Made by a program: the position numbers and the translations under genes
Source: Nitrosopumilus sp.
Lineage (GTDB): Archaea > Thermoproteota > Nitrososphaeria > Nitrososphaerales > Nitrosopumilaceae
DNA length: 64,000 bases
Reading direction: 5' to 3'
NCBI GenBank assembly: GCA_965214775.1
Contig: OZ243974.1
Location: forward strand, 2,304,001-2,368,000
Notes under the pieces: model-generated
Databases searched by the model: none
Told to the model about the DNA's origin: nothing
What the model saw: only the letters and a program-made list of their open reading frames with translations
Shown: positions 18,827 through 29,233 of the stretch, in pieces
Numbering within the stretch: the stretch's first letter is position 1
How the letters are laid out: every line of letters starts with the position of its first letter

Positions 18827-19945
18827 GTGATTAAACTGACTTTGGACATGCTAGAGCAATTATCTGGAGATTCCCAAGCACTTGATAGAGCCATTGCCGG
18901 CAAGGAACTGTCCTACAAGGATGGCTTGGAATTGATGAATTATGACAACCTGCATTTGCTTGGGGCAGTAGCTGATGCCTCTAGGAAAAAACTGGTTGGC
19001 GATACCGTTACTTTTGCGGCATCCTATTACATGAATTACACAAATGTATGTGCTGCAAGCTGTCAAATGTGTGCATTTTATCGAAAGGACGGCGCCGATG
19101 ATGCATACACCCTGACTCCTCAAGAAATTGAGCAACGTGTTTCAATTGCAAAGCAAATGAACGCAACTGAGGTTCATATTGTTGGCGGTTTTCACCCAAA
19201 GCTTCCTCTGGAATATTACGAGGACATGATACGGACCATCAAAAAAAATCATCCTGAGTTAAACATCAAGGCATTGACTGCTGCAGAAATCTTCTACCTC
19301 TCAAAACTTACGCAAAATTCTACCCGGGAGATTCTGTCCCGCCTAAAAGATGCCGGGCTTGATTCCATGCCTGGTGGCGGTGCCGAACTGTTTCATCCTG
19401 ATATTCGAGGAAAAATTGTTCGTGGAAAATGTTCTGGCCAACAGTGGCTAGATGTGATAGAAGAGGCTCACAACCTTGGAATTCAAAGCAACGTAACCAT
19501 GCTGTACGGCCACATTGAAAAACCTGAACATATCATTGATCATCTCATTAAGATTAGGGAATTGCAAAAGAAGACTGGAGGGTTTATCACCTTGATTCCG
19601 TTAAAATTCAGTCTAGATAATACGGAACTAGAACAAGAACACTTGGTAAATAACGAATGCTCTTCAGTTTATGATCTTAGGATAATAGCTCTTTCTCGAC
19701 TGATGCTGGCAAATGTCCTAAACAACATTTCGGTGTACTGGGTCGCATACGGGAAAAAACTTGCCCAGGTTGCACTGTCTAATGGGGGAAGTGATCTGGT
19801 AGGCACTGCATTTTCTGAAGAAATCTATCGTGCAGCAGGAAAATCCACTGCCTCGTCAATTGACGAGCTAGCAACAATGGTCAAGGAAATTGGCCGTTCT
19901 GCTGCACAGCGAAACACTCATTTTAAAATTTTAAACCAGTTCTGA
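18827..19945 (+). CDS. mqnE: Aminofutalosine synthase (CofH/MqnE-type radical SAM)
   Basis: CAASCQMCAF cluster motif, SMPGGGAE, TMLYGHIE; near mqnD. Confidence 0.8.
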   Translation: MIKLTLDMLEQLSGDSQALDRAIAGKELSYKDGLELMNYDNLHLLGAVADASRKKLVGDTVTFAASYYMNYTNVCAASCQMCAFYRKDGADDAYTLTPQEIEQRVSIAKQMNATEVHIVGGFHPKLPLEYYEDMIRTIKKNHPELNIKALTAAEIFYLSKLTQNSTREILSRLKDAGLDSMPGGGAELFHPDIRGKIVRGKCSGQQWLDVIEEAHNLGIQSNVTMLYGHIEKPEHIIDHLIKIRELQKKTGGFITLIPLKFSLDNTELEQEHLVNNECSSVYDLRIIALSRLMLANVLNNISVYWVAYGKKLAQVALSNGGSDLVGTAFSEEIYRAAGKSTASSIDELATMVKEIGRSAAQRNTHFKILNQF

Positions 19946-20021
19946 TTCCATGCTTGGGTGTTTCTTGACTGATTCTATCATGTCTTTCATGCTTGTCTTT
20001 TCTTGAACCAACTTTGATTAC

Positions 20022-21558
20022 TAGACTTTATGCGTAATCGGCCCATCTGATCTAAAAATACGACACAATAGATCATTATTTGCACACCAACAACCCTAAA
20101 GATCTGTATGATTCCCTAACTGTATGGGTTCAAATGACAAGACTCTCCAAGCATTTCAAGCGTTACAAGCGCAACACGAGATGCTAGTCGAGCAACACGA
20201 GCAGGTATCCAAGCAAAACAAACAGATGTCCAAGCAAAACGAGCGTATGAGGAAGCAGCTTGCGTTTGAGGACTCGTTGTGGCAGTCCGAAGAAAACAAG
20301 ACAAAAAGAGTCGTGCGCGGCGGGACGCCTCTGCGGATGCACGCAATCGAGGTTGCAGACGGCATAATCGGCGATCCGGTGCGCCTTCGCAACGTCACGG
20401 GATGCACAAAGGAGTCATTTACGATCATACTGGAGCGCTTTACGGAAGAAGTCATGGTCGACGAGGACAGACCCCTGTTCTGGGAGGACGACGTAAGAGG
20501 CGGCGATGCCGGAAACCGGTGCAAACTGTACATCAGGCACGCGCTACTTGCAGTACTCATGAGCATAAGGACCAAGGCAACGCAGCATCATCTGGCCGCA
20601 ACGTTTGACGTCGACCAGTCCACAATGTCCAGGTACCTCCGGTACGGTGCCGTGTTACTGCGCCGGCTCCTGCCTGCCTCCGAAAAGCTAACAAGCATCA
20701 TCTGCAAGACCCCGGCAGGCAAGCTGGAGGAGGTGCTGATCCCAAAAAAGACGCTCCTGATTGACGGCACCCTGACTCCGGTAGACAGGCCCGGGGACAG
20801 GACCGCAAGAAAGACCAGATACTCGGGAAGAAAAAAGCGGCACATGTTCAACACGATAATTACCTCGAACCTGGACGGCCTCATACTGCACTGCGGCAAG
20901 ACTGTGGACGGAAGCGTCAACGACAAGGGCGTGATGAACGCAGGGGGCGGCCCGGACTTTGGAAGGCACACCGGATCAATGAGGAATGCAAAAAACGCAG
21001 ACGATCCGGAAGAGGCGTTTGTGATTTACAGCGACCTGGGATTTGAGGGCATTCAAAAGATGCTTCCGGGCGCCATACACAGGCAGCCCCCAAAGAAGCC
21101 CAGGGACGGGGATCTTACTGCAACACAAAAGAGGCGCCGCAAGCAGATAAGCAGGGTTCGCGTCAGAGTGGAGCACCACATAGGGCGGCTCAAAAGATAT
21201 GGCATTCTTACCATGCCGTTTGGCGGAACTGCCAAGGATCTAAACTATTTCATGCAGATAATCACGGGTCTTGAGAACCTCAAGACGATGTTGAAAAGGA
21301 AAAAACACTATGGCCAGCTGCTGCAGCAGCTGCATCTGCTGCCAGACACATGACATACGGCGGCACGGACCGCCATTCTTTCTGACTTGTCAAAGGGGCA
21401 CATTGCCGTGCTGCATGGTTGCGCACGTTCTTTTGGCGCAACTGGCTTTTACGTGCGTCATGACACGAGATGCATGCGGTAATTTGATCCGATCAGCGCA
21501 TTTGCGTTTGGAAAAGCCTACGGAATTTTTAATCACGGTCGATTACGCATAAAGTCTA
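20022..21558 (+). mobile_element. IS5-family (ISL2/DDE_Tnp_4-like) insertion sequence, copy 1
   Basis: TIR TAGACTTTATGCGTAATCG including probable TA duplication; GC-rich; near-identical to 30953-32510. Confidence 0.95.
20124..21353 (+). CDS. DDE transposase (IS5/ISL2-like)
   Basis: HTH (LAATFDVDQSTMSR), LIDGT, YSG.KK.H, SDLGF, RVRVEHHIGRLK. Confidence 0.93.
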   Translation: MGSNDKTLQAFQALQAQHEMLVEQHEQVSKQNKQMSKQNERMRKQLAFEDSLWQSEENKTKRVVRGGTPLRMHAIEVADGIIGDPVRLRNVTGCTKESFTIILERFTEEVMVDEDRPLFWEDDVRGGDAGNRCKLYIRHALLAVLMSIRTKATQHHLAATFDVDQSTMSRYLRYGAVLLRRLLPASEKLTSIICKTPAGKLEEVLIPKKTLLIDGTLTPVDRPGDRTARKTRYSGRKKRHMFNTIITSNLDGLILHCGKTVDGSVNDKGVMNAGGGPDFGRHTGSMRNAKNADDPEEAFVIYSDLGFEGIQKMLPGAIHRQPPKKPRDGDLTATQKRRRKQISRVRVRVEHHIGRLKRYGILTMPFGGTAKDLNYFMQIITGLENLKTMLKRKKHYGQLLQQLHLLPDT

Positions 21559-21731
21559 CTGCTTTTGTCCTTGCAATTTCTAAACTGTGAACTGTCTCTG
21601 ACATTTTCTCTGCATCCTGACTGATTTCATGCTGCCTGATTCTAAGGCTGTCCACACGGGATACCCATGTCTCAAATCTTCCATCCCTTGAATTGATCTT
21701 ACTGCTTTGGCAGTGTAAAAACTGGTACCGG

Positions 21732-21814
21732 TATGGCAACGAGCAGAAGTCTTTGAGTCAAAACATGGCCAGATTGCCCGTAAAAGACCTCAATTATTTG
21801 TGAGCGTTGCTATA
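21732..21814 (+). mobile_element. MITE family B
   Basis: TIR TATGGCAACG/CGTTGCTATA; near-identical to 11205-11287. Confidence 0.85.
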
Positions 21815-21904
21815 GTTTTTTGTGGCCACTGGATAGGCGATGCTGGTTTATGCCCGAGTCATATCTTCTTACGTTCAACAAATTACGACAAAGGCCTTGA
21901 ATTA

Positions 21905-22183
21905 CTATTCTGCAGGTTTCTTCTCTGCCTTTTTTGCACTGCCTTTTTTGCGTCTTGCTCCAAAACTAACTAGCACAAGCAAGAATCCAACACCGACTAA
22001 GATCCCCGAAAGCATCTGATAAGCCTGGTTTTCATCTTCGGCAACCATCAAATCAATTATCTCTTCTTCGGTCATGCCTGATTCTCCCAACGGTGGCTGG
22101 CTCATTGCTGCTGCAATTACCGCCATGCCTGCTGCTATCATGACAATTCCGCCGGCAAAAATTTTCTTATCTAATAGGACCAT
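21905..22183 (-). CDS. Small two-TM membrane protein
   Basis: Two hydrophobic segments and a basic tail. Confidence 0.75.
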   Translation of the reverse strand: MVLLDKKIFAGGIVMIAAGMAVIAAAMSQPPLGESGMTEEEIIDLMVAEDENQAYQMLSGILVGVGFLLVLVSFGARRKKGSAKKAEKKPAE

Positions 22184-22225
22184 TTTCTACTATAAATTGA
22201 ATCTCATCATATATTAGGCATTTTC

Positions 22226-22519
22226 TCAAAATCCCTTTGGTGGCCTTTGAACAAAGACGTTGCAAACCAGTGCGTCTGTCTTTGAATCTCTATACTGGAC
22301 ATTACAGGATAGAAATTTTCCTTTCAAGGCATGTTCTAACTGCTCCCTGGTAGTTTCAACATATTGCAAATTATCTGGATTATCGATTTTTGCAATGATG
22401 ATTTTTTCCGTTTTTCCGTATTCTTCTTTGTTGTCTTTTCTTACATGACTTACAACCATTCGAAATGCATTTCCAGCTAAAACCTCCATTACCGGACCTC
22501 CTATCCCGTCACCCATCAA
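22226..22519 (-). CDS. Hypothetical protein
   Basis: 97-aa ORF co-oriented with mqnD. Confidence 0.7.
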   Translation of the reverse strand: MMGDGIGGPVMEVLAGNAFRMVVSHVRKDNKEEYGKTEKIIIAKIDNPDNLQYVETTREQLEHALKGKFLSCNVQYRDSKTDALVCNVFVQRPPKGF

Positions 22520-22543
22520 TTTTAAAAAATTTTCGTTCTATAA

Positions 22544-23392
22544 TTACTTGGTGGCAATACTTGGTTCAAAGTCTGGGACAAGATTTTTCTTTTTGGCCAT
22601 TTCAAAGAGTCTTCTAATTGACTGCTCGCCTGTGTCTCCCATGTTGACTGTAACTTTGTTTACATACATCCTGACAAATTTCTCAATCAAGTCCCTTGGC
22701 TTTCCTCTCGAGTACCGCATTGCATACTCTAGTGCATCATTGAAATTTTCTAATCCAAATTCGATGGATGCCTGAAGATATCTGTCAAACTTTGCAATTG
22801 TATCTGTACCCAACTCTGTCTTCATTACATTGATTCCCAGAGGAACCGGGAGCCCGTTTGTGGTCTTGTCCCACCATTTACCAACATCCAAAACCTTGAC
22901 ATTGCCTTCCTGCTTGTATGACAATTGCGTCTCATGAATCACCAAACCTGCATCTGCCCTTCCTGATTTTACAGCTTCAGGAATATCGCTGAAATCCATC
23001 TCTACGTAATCAAACTTTCCAATCATTAGCTGAAGTAACAAAAATGCCGAAGTCATTTTGCCTGGAACCACAATCTTGCATTTTTTGATTTCATCGATGT
23101 CCATTTGTTCTCTTGCAGTTACAATTGGCCCATACCCAATTCCGAAACTTCCTCCGCTTCGTAAAATCGTATATCCGGGGATGTATGCGCATGCGTGAAC
23201 TGATACGGCCGTTACATCTAGATGTTGAGGATCTGCTGCTGCTCCTCCTGCTGCGGCTTTGCGATTTAGTCTCTCAATGTCTTCTATTACGTGGTTTACC
23301 TTAAAGTCTGGCGAGGGAACTTTTCCTGTGAACATTCCATAAAACATGAATGCATCATCAGAGTCCGGAGTATGCCCGACAGATATTTCCAT
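22544..23392 (-). CDS. mqnD: 1,4-dihydroxy-6-naphthoate synthase (MqnA/MqnD family)
   Basis: HTPDSDDAFMFY, GIGYGP, LVIHE, LPVPLG, MYVN motifs. Confidence 0.88.
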   Translation of the reverse strand: MEISVGHTPDSDDAFMFYGMFTGKVPSPDFKVNHVIEDIERLNRKAAAGGAAADPQHLDVTAVSVHACAYIPGYTILRSGGSFGIGYGPIVTAREQMDIDEIKKCKIVVPGKMTSAFLLLQLMIGKFDYVEMDFSDIPEAVKSGRADAGLVIHETQLSYKQEGNVKVLDVGKWWDKTTNGLPVPLGINVMKTELGTDTIAKFDRYLQASIEFGLENFNDALEYAMRYSRGKPRDLIEKFVRMYVNKVTVNMGDTGEQSIRRLFEMAKKKNLVPDFEPSIATK

Positions 23393-23478
23393 GTCTGACT
23401 GAAAATCCAGTCGTAATAAAAATTAAAACCCGTCTTCAAATCGTCTTTCTAATATATGTCTCAGTGGTGATAAATCCT

Positions 23479-24387
23479 GTGAACACGATTACTGCATTTG
23501 AAAGGGACGTTGATCTTCAAATTTCCCTTCTAAAGTCGTTTAAGAAGCAAAAGCCCATTTCAAAAAACAAACAAAAAAACACTGTTTTTTCTGGAAGCGG
23601 CGATTCTCTTGCCTCATCGATGTTGGCAGAATCGCTTTCTGATGGCATGATTCGAGCCGCAGATCCGATGGATTTGTATTGCAACAAATCTGCTGTAAAA
23701 ACAAAGAACATCTATTTTGTTTCGATATCTGGAAATACAATTACTGGCATAAAGGCTGCCAGGTATGCCAAGCACTCCACAGCTATTACTGCCAGACCTA
23801 ACAGCAGACTGGCATCTGCCGCTGACAAGGCAATAATTCTGAATGTCGACACCCCCCATGTTTTTACTGCAGGAAGCATCTCCTTTTTAGAAAGTGCCCT
23901 TACCTGCATGTCTCTGGTAAAAAACATCAAAATTCCCAGAAATTCAAAACTCTTCTTAAAAGCAAAAAGTGATTCCCAAAAATTCTGCGTTTCAAAAAGA
24001 ATCTACGTGCTGGGAAACCAGTTCACTTTTCCTTTGGCCATGTACTGTGCTGCCAAATTTTATGAGATTATGGGCTATGATGCTCACTATTGTAAGATTG
24101 AACAGTTTTCCCATATGGAACTGTTCTCGGCAAAAAGGGGAGACACTGTCATCGTTTTTGAAGAAAAAAATCCGCACAATTCCCAACTGGCAAAAAACCT
24201 CGAAAAAATTGGCATAAACGTGATCCATCCATCAGTTCCAACTACTGGCAGGGTATCCCAATTTCTCTACTGTACGTTTTTTTCGCAGTTTCTTGCTCTA
24301 AACGAATCCAAAAGAAAACGTAAACGAGACTGTTACTTTGTCACCGCAAAAAAACTTCGAGACGTCAGCAATCAAATGATCTACTGA
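23479..24387 (+). CDS. SIS-domain sugar isomerase (GlmS C-terminal-like)
   Basis: GSGDS, SISGNT, EQFSH; ORF open from 23350 but likely GTG start near 23464-23479. Confidence 0.8.
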   Translation: MNTITAFERDVDLQISLLKSFKKQKPISKNKQKNTVFSGSGDSLASSMLAESLSDGMIRAADPMDLYCNKSAVKTKNIYFVSISGNTITGIKAARYAKHSTAITARPNSRLASAADKAIILNVDTPHVFTAGSISFLESALTCMSLVKNIKIPRNSKLFLKAKSDSQKFCVSKRIYVLGNQFTFPLAMYCAAKFYEIMGYDAHYCKIEQFSHMELFSAKRGDTVIVFEEKNPHNSQLAKNLEKIGINVIHPSVPTTGRVSQFLYCTFFSQFLALNESKRKRKRDCYFVTAKKLRDVSNQMIY

Positions 24388-24399
24388 TCCTTTTTTCAA

Positions 24400-24416
24400 A
24401 GGCCAAGGTTTAATAG
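24400..24416 (+). promoter_or_regulatory. Putative BRE/TATA box of EF-2 gene
   Basis: TTTAATA about 25-30 bp upstream of ATG with a purine-rich upstream element. Confidence 0.45.
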
Positions 24417-24438
24417 CTGAATACTAGGGTGTGCGAAC

Positions 24439-26631
24439 ATGGTAAAATTCAAGTCGACTGGTGAGGTTTTGAAAATTATCAAAAACAAGGATAATATCAG
24501 AAACTTTGGCGTCATTGCGCACGTTGACCATGGAAAAACCACCATGAGTGATAGCCTTTTAGCTTACTCTGGAATCATTGCCCCGTCTGCTGCCGGCAAG
24601 GCCCTGGCAATGGACTTTGATAAGGAAGAACAACAGAGGGGAATTACAATTTATCAGGCAAACGTAACTTTGCTTTTCCAGCAAAAAGACGACGAATATG
24701 TCATTAACATGATTGATACTCCCGGACACGTTGACTTTAGCGGAAGGGTAATTCGCAGTCTTAGGGCAATTGACGGCGCAGTGGTAGTATGTGATGCAGT
24801 CGAAGGCATCATGACACAAACTGAAACTGTTACAAGAATGGCACTCGAAGAAAGAGTAAAACCTGTCTTGTTCATCAACAAAGTCGACAGGCTCATCAAA
24901 GAACTCCGGCTAACTCCTGAAAAAATGCAACAGCAGCTAGCCGAGGTGGTCTCTAACTTTAACCAGCTGATTGATACGTATGCAGAACCTGAATACAAGG
25001 AAAAATGGAAGATTTCAATTCAGGATGCTAGTGTCACATTTGGTTCTGCCAAAGACAGATGGGCAATCAATGTTGACTTGATGAAAGAGCGTGGAATTAC
25101 GTTCAAGGATGTTATTGATGCCTATGAGAATGAAAAAGTCCCTGACCTGGTAGAAAAGGCGCCACTGGCAGATGCCGTCCTGGGAATGGTCGTAAAGCAC
25201 CATCCTGCGCCATACGAGGCCGTAAAATACAGAATTCCGCAAATCTGGAAAGGTGATTTGGATTCAGATGTTGGAAAAGCGCTGCTTGCATGCAGAGATG
25301 ACGGGCCGACAATTATGATGATTGTAAACATGGTATTGGATCCTGCAGCAGGGCCTGTTGCAATTGGAAGGTTGTTTTCAGGAACTATCAAAGACGGGCA
25401 AACCATTCAAATCATTGATGAAAAACGTGAAGGAAGGGTCCAATCTGTCAACTTTTTTATGGGAAATCAAAGAGAGCAGGTTGGCGAATTGGGCGCCGGA
25501 AACATTCCTGCCTTACTGGGACTGACTGAAGCCAGGGCGGGAAATACCCTGTCAACTGTAAAGGACATTCAGATGTTTGAAGGTGTAAAATATGTTTCAG
25601 AGCCGGTTGTTCAAGTTGCAGTTGAACCAAAACATCCAAAAGATTTGCCCAAACTCGTGGAGGTTCTCAAACAATTGACAATCGAGGATCCCAACTTGGT
25701 TGTAAAAATTGACGAGGAGAGCGGAGAGACCATTGTTGCTGGAATGGGCGTATTGCACCTTGATGTTGCAACGCATAGGATTCAAGACGCCAAAGTTGAA
25801 ATTGTAACTTCTGAACCTTTGATTAATTATCGTGAAACCGTAAAATCCGGTTGTGAACCGATCATGTCAAAATCACCAAATAGGCACAATAAGATTTTCA
25901 TGAAAGTAGAACCTCTGGAGCCTGAAATTGCAAACATGTTAAGAACCGGCGAAGTCAGCGACATGAAAGACAAAAAAGTCGTTGCCGATTTGCTAAAGGG
26001 CGCCGGCTGGGACACTGACACAGTTAAGAGAGTCATGAAACTTGATTCTCGGGGAAACGTCCTGATTAATGGGACAAAGGGAGTCCAATTTGTTCAGGAA
26101 TCAACTGATTCAATCAATTCTGGATTTGACGAAGTGATGAAAGAAGGCCCTTTGTGCAAGGAGCAAATGAGAGACTGTAAATTCACGTTTACTCACTTTG
26201 TTCCTCACGAGGATACTGCACACAGGGGCCTATCACAACTAGGCCCTGCATCAAGACGCGCTTGTACTGGCGCATTACTGACTGCTGGAACTACAGTTTT
26301 GGAGCCGACATTGGCCATCGAAGTCAGGGTTCCAACTGATTTGGTTGGAAACGTGGCAACCGTTCTTTCTGGAAAAAGAGGCAAAGTACTGGATATGGCT
26401 CAAAAAGGCGCGTCAAGTATTGTGACTGGCGAAATCCCTGCTTCTGAGACCTTTACATTGTCTGAAGAAATGAGAGGTCAGACTGCCGGCCGTGCAACCT
26501 GGAACACCTCATTTAAGGCATGGACTGAAGTTCCCAAATCTCTTTTACAATCTGCCGTTGCCGATATTAGGAAGAGAAAGGGCCTTGCTCCGGAACCGCC
26601 GGGTGCAGGCGAGTTCATTGACAAGGAATAA
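24439..26631 (+). CDS. fusA: Archaeal elongation factor EF-2
   Basis: AHVDHGKTT, RGITI, DTPGHVDF, NKVD; diphthamide loop HEDTAHRG. Confidence 0.98.
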   Translation: MVKFKSTGEVLKIIKNKDNIRNFGVIAHVDHGKTTMSDSLLAYSGIIAPSAAGKALAMDFDKEEQQRGITIYQANVTLLFQQKDDEYVINMIDTPGHVDFSGRVIRSLRAIDGAVVVCDAVEGIMTQTETVTRMALEERVKPVLFINKVDRLIKELRLTPEKMQQQLAEVVSNFNQLIDTYAEPEYKEKWKISIQDASVTFGSAKDRWAINVDLMKERGITFKDVIDAYENEKVPDLVEKAPLADAVLGMVVKHHPAPYEAVKYRIPQIWKGDLDSDVGKALLACRDDGPTIMMIVNMVLDPAAGPVAIGRLFSGTIKDGQTIQIIDEKREGRVQSVNFFMGNQREQVGELGAGNIPALLGLTEARAGNTLSTVKDIQMFEGVKYVSEPVVQVAVEPKHPKDLPKLVEVLKQLTIEDPNLVVKIDEESGETIVAGMGVLHLDVATHRIQDAKVEIVTSEPLINYRETVKSGCEPIMSKSPNRHNKIFMKVEPLEPEIANMLRTGEVSDMKDKKVVADLLKGAGWDTDTVKRVMKLDSRGNVLINGTKGVQFVQESTDSINSGFDEVMKEGPLCKEQMRDCKFTFTHFVPHEDTAHRGLSQLGPASRRACTGALLTAGTTVLEPTLAIEVRVPTDLVGNVATVLSGKRGKVLDMAQKGASSIVTGEIPASETFTLSEEMRGQTAGRATWNTSFKAWTEVPKSLLQSAVADIRKRKGLAPEPPGAGEFIDKE

Positions 26632-26835
26632 TATTTCAAGACTTCTTGCCACGTCAATGGATTCCAGATCCCGCCGGATTGCTTAGATGATGACGATGAG
26701 GAGGAGGAAAGCAAGACACCATCTGTTGCCTGAAATCAAGGGCGGATCTCAAAAAGAAAAAAAGAAAAAGAAACTGAAAAACATGCAACGGATCCGGATC
26801 AAGGCCCAGACAACGAACATGCCCTGTAATTGCTT

Positions 26836-27345
26836 TTACTCTGTAATTTCCTTAAACTCGTCCATCCTTTTGACTTCTTGAAAATCTAGATCCTGTCTTG
26901 CTTTTGCCTTGATTGAAAAGTCTGACTTGACTGCTTTTTCTAAAACCCTCATACCTTCTCTCACATTTTGCATTTTTACAAGAGTTGACGCCTTGTTGTA
27001 TAACGCTGTAGCGTTATCTGGTTTTGATTTAAGAACTCTGTCATAACAGTCTAACGCAGCTTGAAATTCATTTTCAAAATGATGGGCCAATCCCTTGTTT
27101 AACCAGGCAAGCAGGTTTTGATCATCCTGTGCCAGGATTTTATCATAATGAGCAATTGCTTGCTGATCTTTGGCAAGTTTTCCTAAAATGTGCCCTTTTC
27201 TTAACAACGCCTCGGTGTTATTGGGATATTGAGACAGTATTCTGTCATACACAACTGATGCCTCAGTTGGATTTCCCAGATTAAGCAACATCTGACCATC
27301 TTTCAATAATTTCTGAATATCATATTTCATGATTCTTTCAAACAC
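26836..27345 (-). CDS. TPR-repeat protein
   Basis: ALLRKG, AWLNKG, ALYNKA TPR units. Confidence 0.85.
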   Translation of the reverse strand: MFERIMKYDIQKLLKDGQMLLNLGNPTEASVVYDRILSQYPNNTEALLRKGHILGKLAKDQQAIAHYDKILAQDDQNLLAWLNKGLAHHFENEFQAALDCYDRVLKSKPDNATALYNKASTLVKMQNVREGMRVLEKAVKSDFSIKAKARQDLDFQEVKRMDEFKEITE

Positions 27346-27444
27346 TGTGTTTTAATGAGATTTGTGATTGTGATAAGATGAGGTGATTTCCCTCCATGGG
27401 CGGCGCCAAAAATTACCGCAACAAACGATTCAAAAAAAAAAAAC

Positions 27445-27525
27445 TAGACTTTATGCGTAATCATCTCAGATCTGGGGTTATCACGAACAAATCCGTCTTA
27501 TTCAGGCCATTACGCATGAAGCCTA
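27445..27525 (+). mobile_element. MITE family F (81 bp; ends of the IS at 20022/30953)
   Basis: Left end TAGACTTTATGCGTAATC identical to the IS TIR; right end ATTACGCATGAAGCCTA degenerate. Confidence 0.85.
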
Positions 27526-27699
27526 CTCGCCGAAAAGGAAGACAATCTAGAGCAAGAAATTGATCATATACTGTAAAGAAGAATCTGACTGGCCAATGAG
27601 GATTCTGAGGCCGAGTCAAACTAAACTGCTAGTTGTCAAATTTCTCTGTCATTTCTCCCTGACAGCCAACATAGAGGCTGCATGCAGACCCGGTGAAAA

Positions 27700-27984
27700 A
27701 TGAGTCGGTTAGAGCCCAAACTGGAATCATGTGAGCATGAAAGGATTGCTCTAGAAGCAATTCGACAAAACCCAACTTTGCACCATAACGCATTGCTTCA
27801 ACATCGTGTTATTCCAAAATTCATGTCAAAAACAACTTTGAAAAATACAAGAAATTCACTTATTGACAAAGATATGATCTGTGTGAAAATTAGACAAAAC
27901 ATGAGATTTTGTCACCCGACTGGAAATTTTGAACATGCTTCACATCGGCATGTTGAGCAAAACACCGGCAATCCTGCTTTATGA
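27700..27984 (+). pseudogene. Probable truncated wHTH-like hypothetical gene
   Basis: 94-aa ORF with wHTH-like N-terminus ending just before a MITE. Confidence 0.4.
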
Positions 27985-28041
27985 TCTAAAATCACAAATA
28001 AGAAAACTAGAAACTGATTTTTCGCAACAGCTCGGGCTGTA

Positions 28042-28132
28042 ATGGGATGGCCCCTGCCTAGGCAGCAATCAGGCACACATTTGCCTGCAGTTGTGATTTT
28101 CATGCCTGTCCGGCAGGGAGGCGTGACTTTAA
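28042..28132 (-). mobile_element. MITE family A, diverged subfamily
   Basis: Inverted copy of 36773-36862 (54-bp core with 2 mismatches); shares CATGAAAATCACAA and GTCACG with family A. Confidence 0.65.
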
Positions 28133-28189
28133 TTCTGCCTATGGACTACCCTATTACCAATTATATACTATCATGCGGCCATCCGGATT

Positions 28190-29143
28190 ATGTCGGATGT
28201 CGTGGGATCCTCCGTGCCGATAGGGCGCCGCCTTTGGCGCATGATGGATGCGGTCACGTGTGTGTGGGGGAGGGGCAGGAGGAGCGCCCGTGCGCTCCTC
28301 TTCAGCACCCTGCCGGACTTTCTGATTATAGGGGCCGCCAAGTCAGGCACCACGTCGCTTTACGGCCTGATAAGCGCGCATCCACACGTGCTTCCGGCGC
28401 GGATCAAGGAGATAGAATACTTTGCCCCCACGGGAATATACTTGTCTGGCCCGACGTGGTACCGCGACCACTTTCCGACCGTACTTCATATGTATGGCTC
28501 TGCCCTGCTGCACGGACACCGGATGCTGACCGGCGAGGCCACCGCCGTCTACATGTTCCATCCAGACGTGCCGGGCCGGGTCAGGGACTTGCTTCCAAAC
28601 GTCAGGCTGATAGCCATACTGCGCAATCCCGTAGATCGCGCCTATTCGGAGTACAACATGCGACTCGGGAGGGGAAACGAGTCGCTGACCTTTGAGGACG
28701 CAATAGCCGCAGAGCGTAACAGGGCATCGTATGGGGAGACATCGGATTCCAGATCCCAGTACAACCTCTATCACTCCTATCTGGGCAGGGGCCGCTATGC
28801 CGAGCAGCTGATCCGCTGGTACAAGTGCTTTGACAGGAACCGTCTTCTGATCCTGACGACCGAGGAGCTGGAGGACGACAGGCAGGGTATGCTTGACAGG
28901 GTCTTTGGGTTTCTGGGACTAAAGCCGTTTGAGGTGGGGGGGGGGTCAGACGGCCTGCCGGACTCGCCTTGGATGAAGAAGTACAAGTCCGAGCCGCCCC
29001 ATGCGGACGATCCCTTCAAACTCAACGTGGGAAGATACCCCGCGATGAGACGCGACACGCGGAGGATGCTGGTTGACTATTTTCGCCCGTACAACGAGCG
29101 GCTGTCTGAGCTTCTGGGGCGTGGCTTTGACTGGGATCGGTGA
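28190..29143 (+). CDS. PAPS-dependent sulfotransferase (heparan-sulfate sulfotransferase-like), copy 1, in frame
   Basis: 5'-PSB LPDFLIIGAAKSGTTSL, 3'-PB LRNPVDRAYSEY, C-terminal F.PYN..L..LL...FDW; TATA-like AATTATATA upstream; G10 tract at 28936-28945. Confidence 0.92.
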   Translation: MSDVVGSSVPIGRRLWRMMDAVTCVWGRGRRSARALLFSTLPDFLIIGAAKSGTTSLYGLISAHPHVLPARIKEIEYFAPTGIYLSGPTWYRDHFPTVLHMYGSALLHGHRMLTGEATAVYMFHPDVPGRVRDLLPNVRLIAILRNPVDRAYSEYNMRLGRGNESLTFEDAIAAERNRASYGETSDSRSQYNLYHSYLGRGRYAEQLIRWYKCFDRNRLLILTTEELEDDRQGMLDRVFGFLGLKPFEVGGGSDGLPDSPWMKKYKSEPPHADDPFKLNVGRYPAMRRDTRRMLVDYFRPYNERLSELLGRGFDWDR

Positions 29144-29233
29144 CCAGTGCCCGGCACAATGCGATCTAGGCCGCATATCGGAGGGGACTCGAATCCGCCA
29201 TGTGCGGGGTCGGGCCCCGGCCGGACTGAGTAC

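Noticed and set aside
20116-21552. Numerous antisense and overlapping ORFs in IS elements and core genes
   Set aside because: Shadow ORFs of GC-rich or highly biased coding sequence with no motifs
29177-29200. tRNA T-arm-like motif (reverse GGATTCGAGTCCCC) as possible att site
   Set aside because: Stem does not pair, no acceptor or anticodon arms, and the motif is not preserved in the paralogous flank at about 36497-36515
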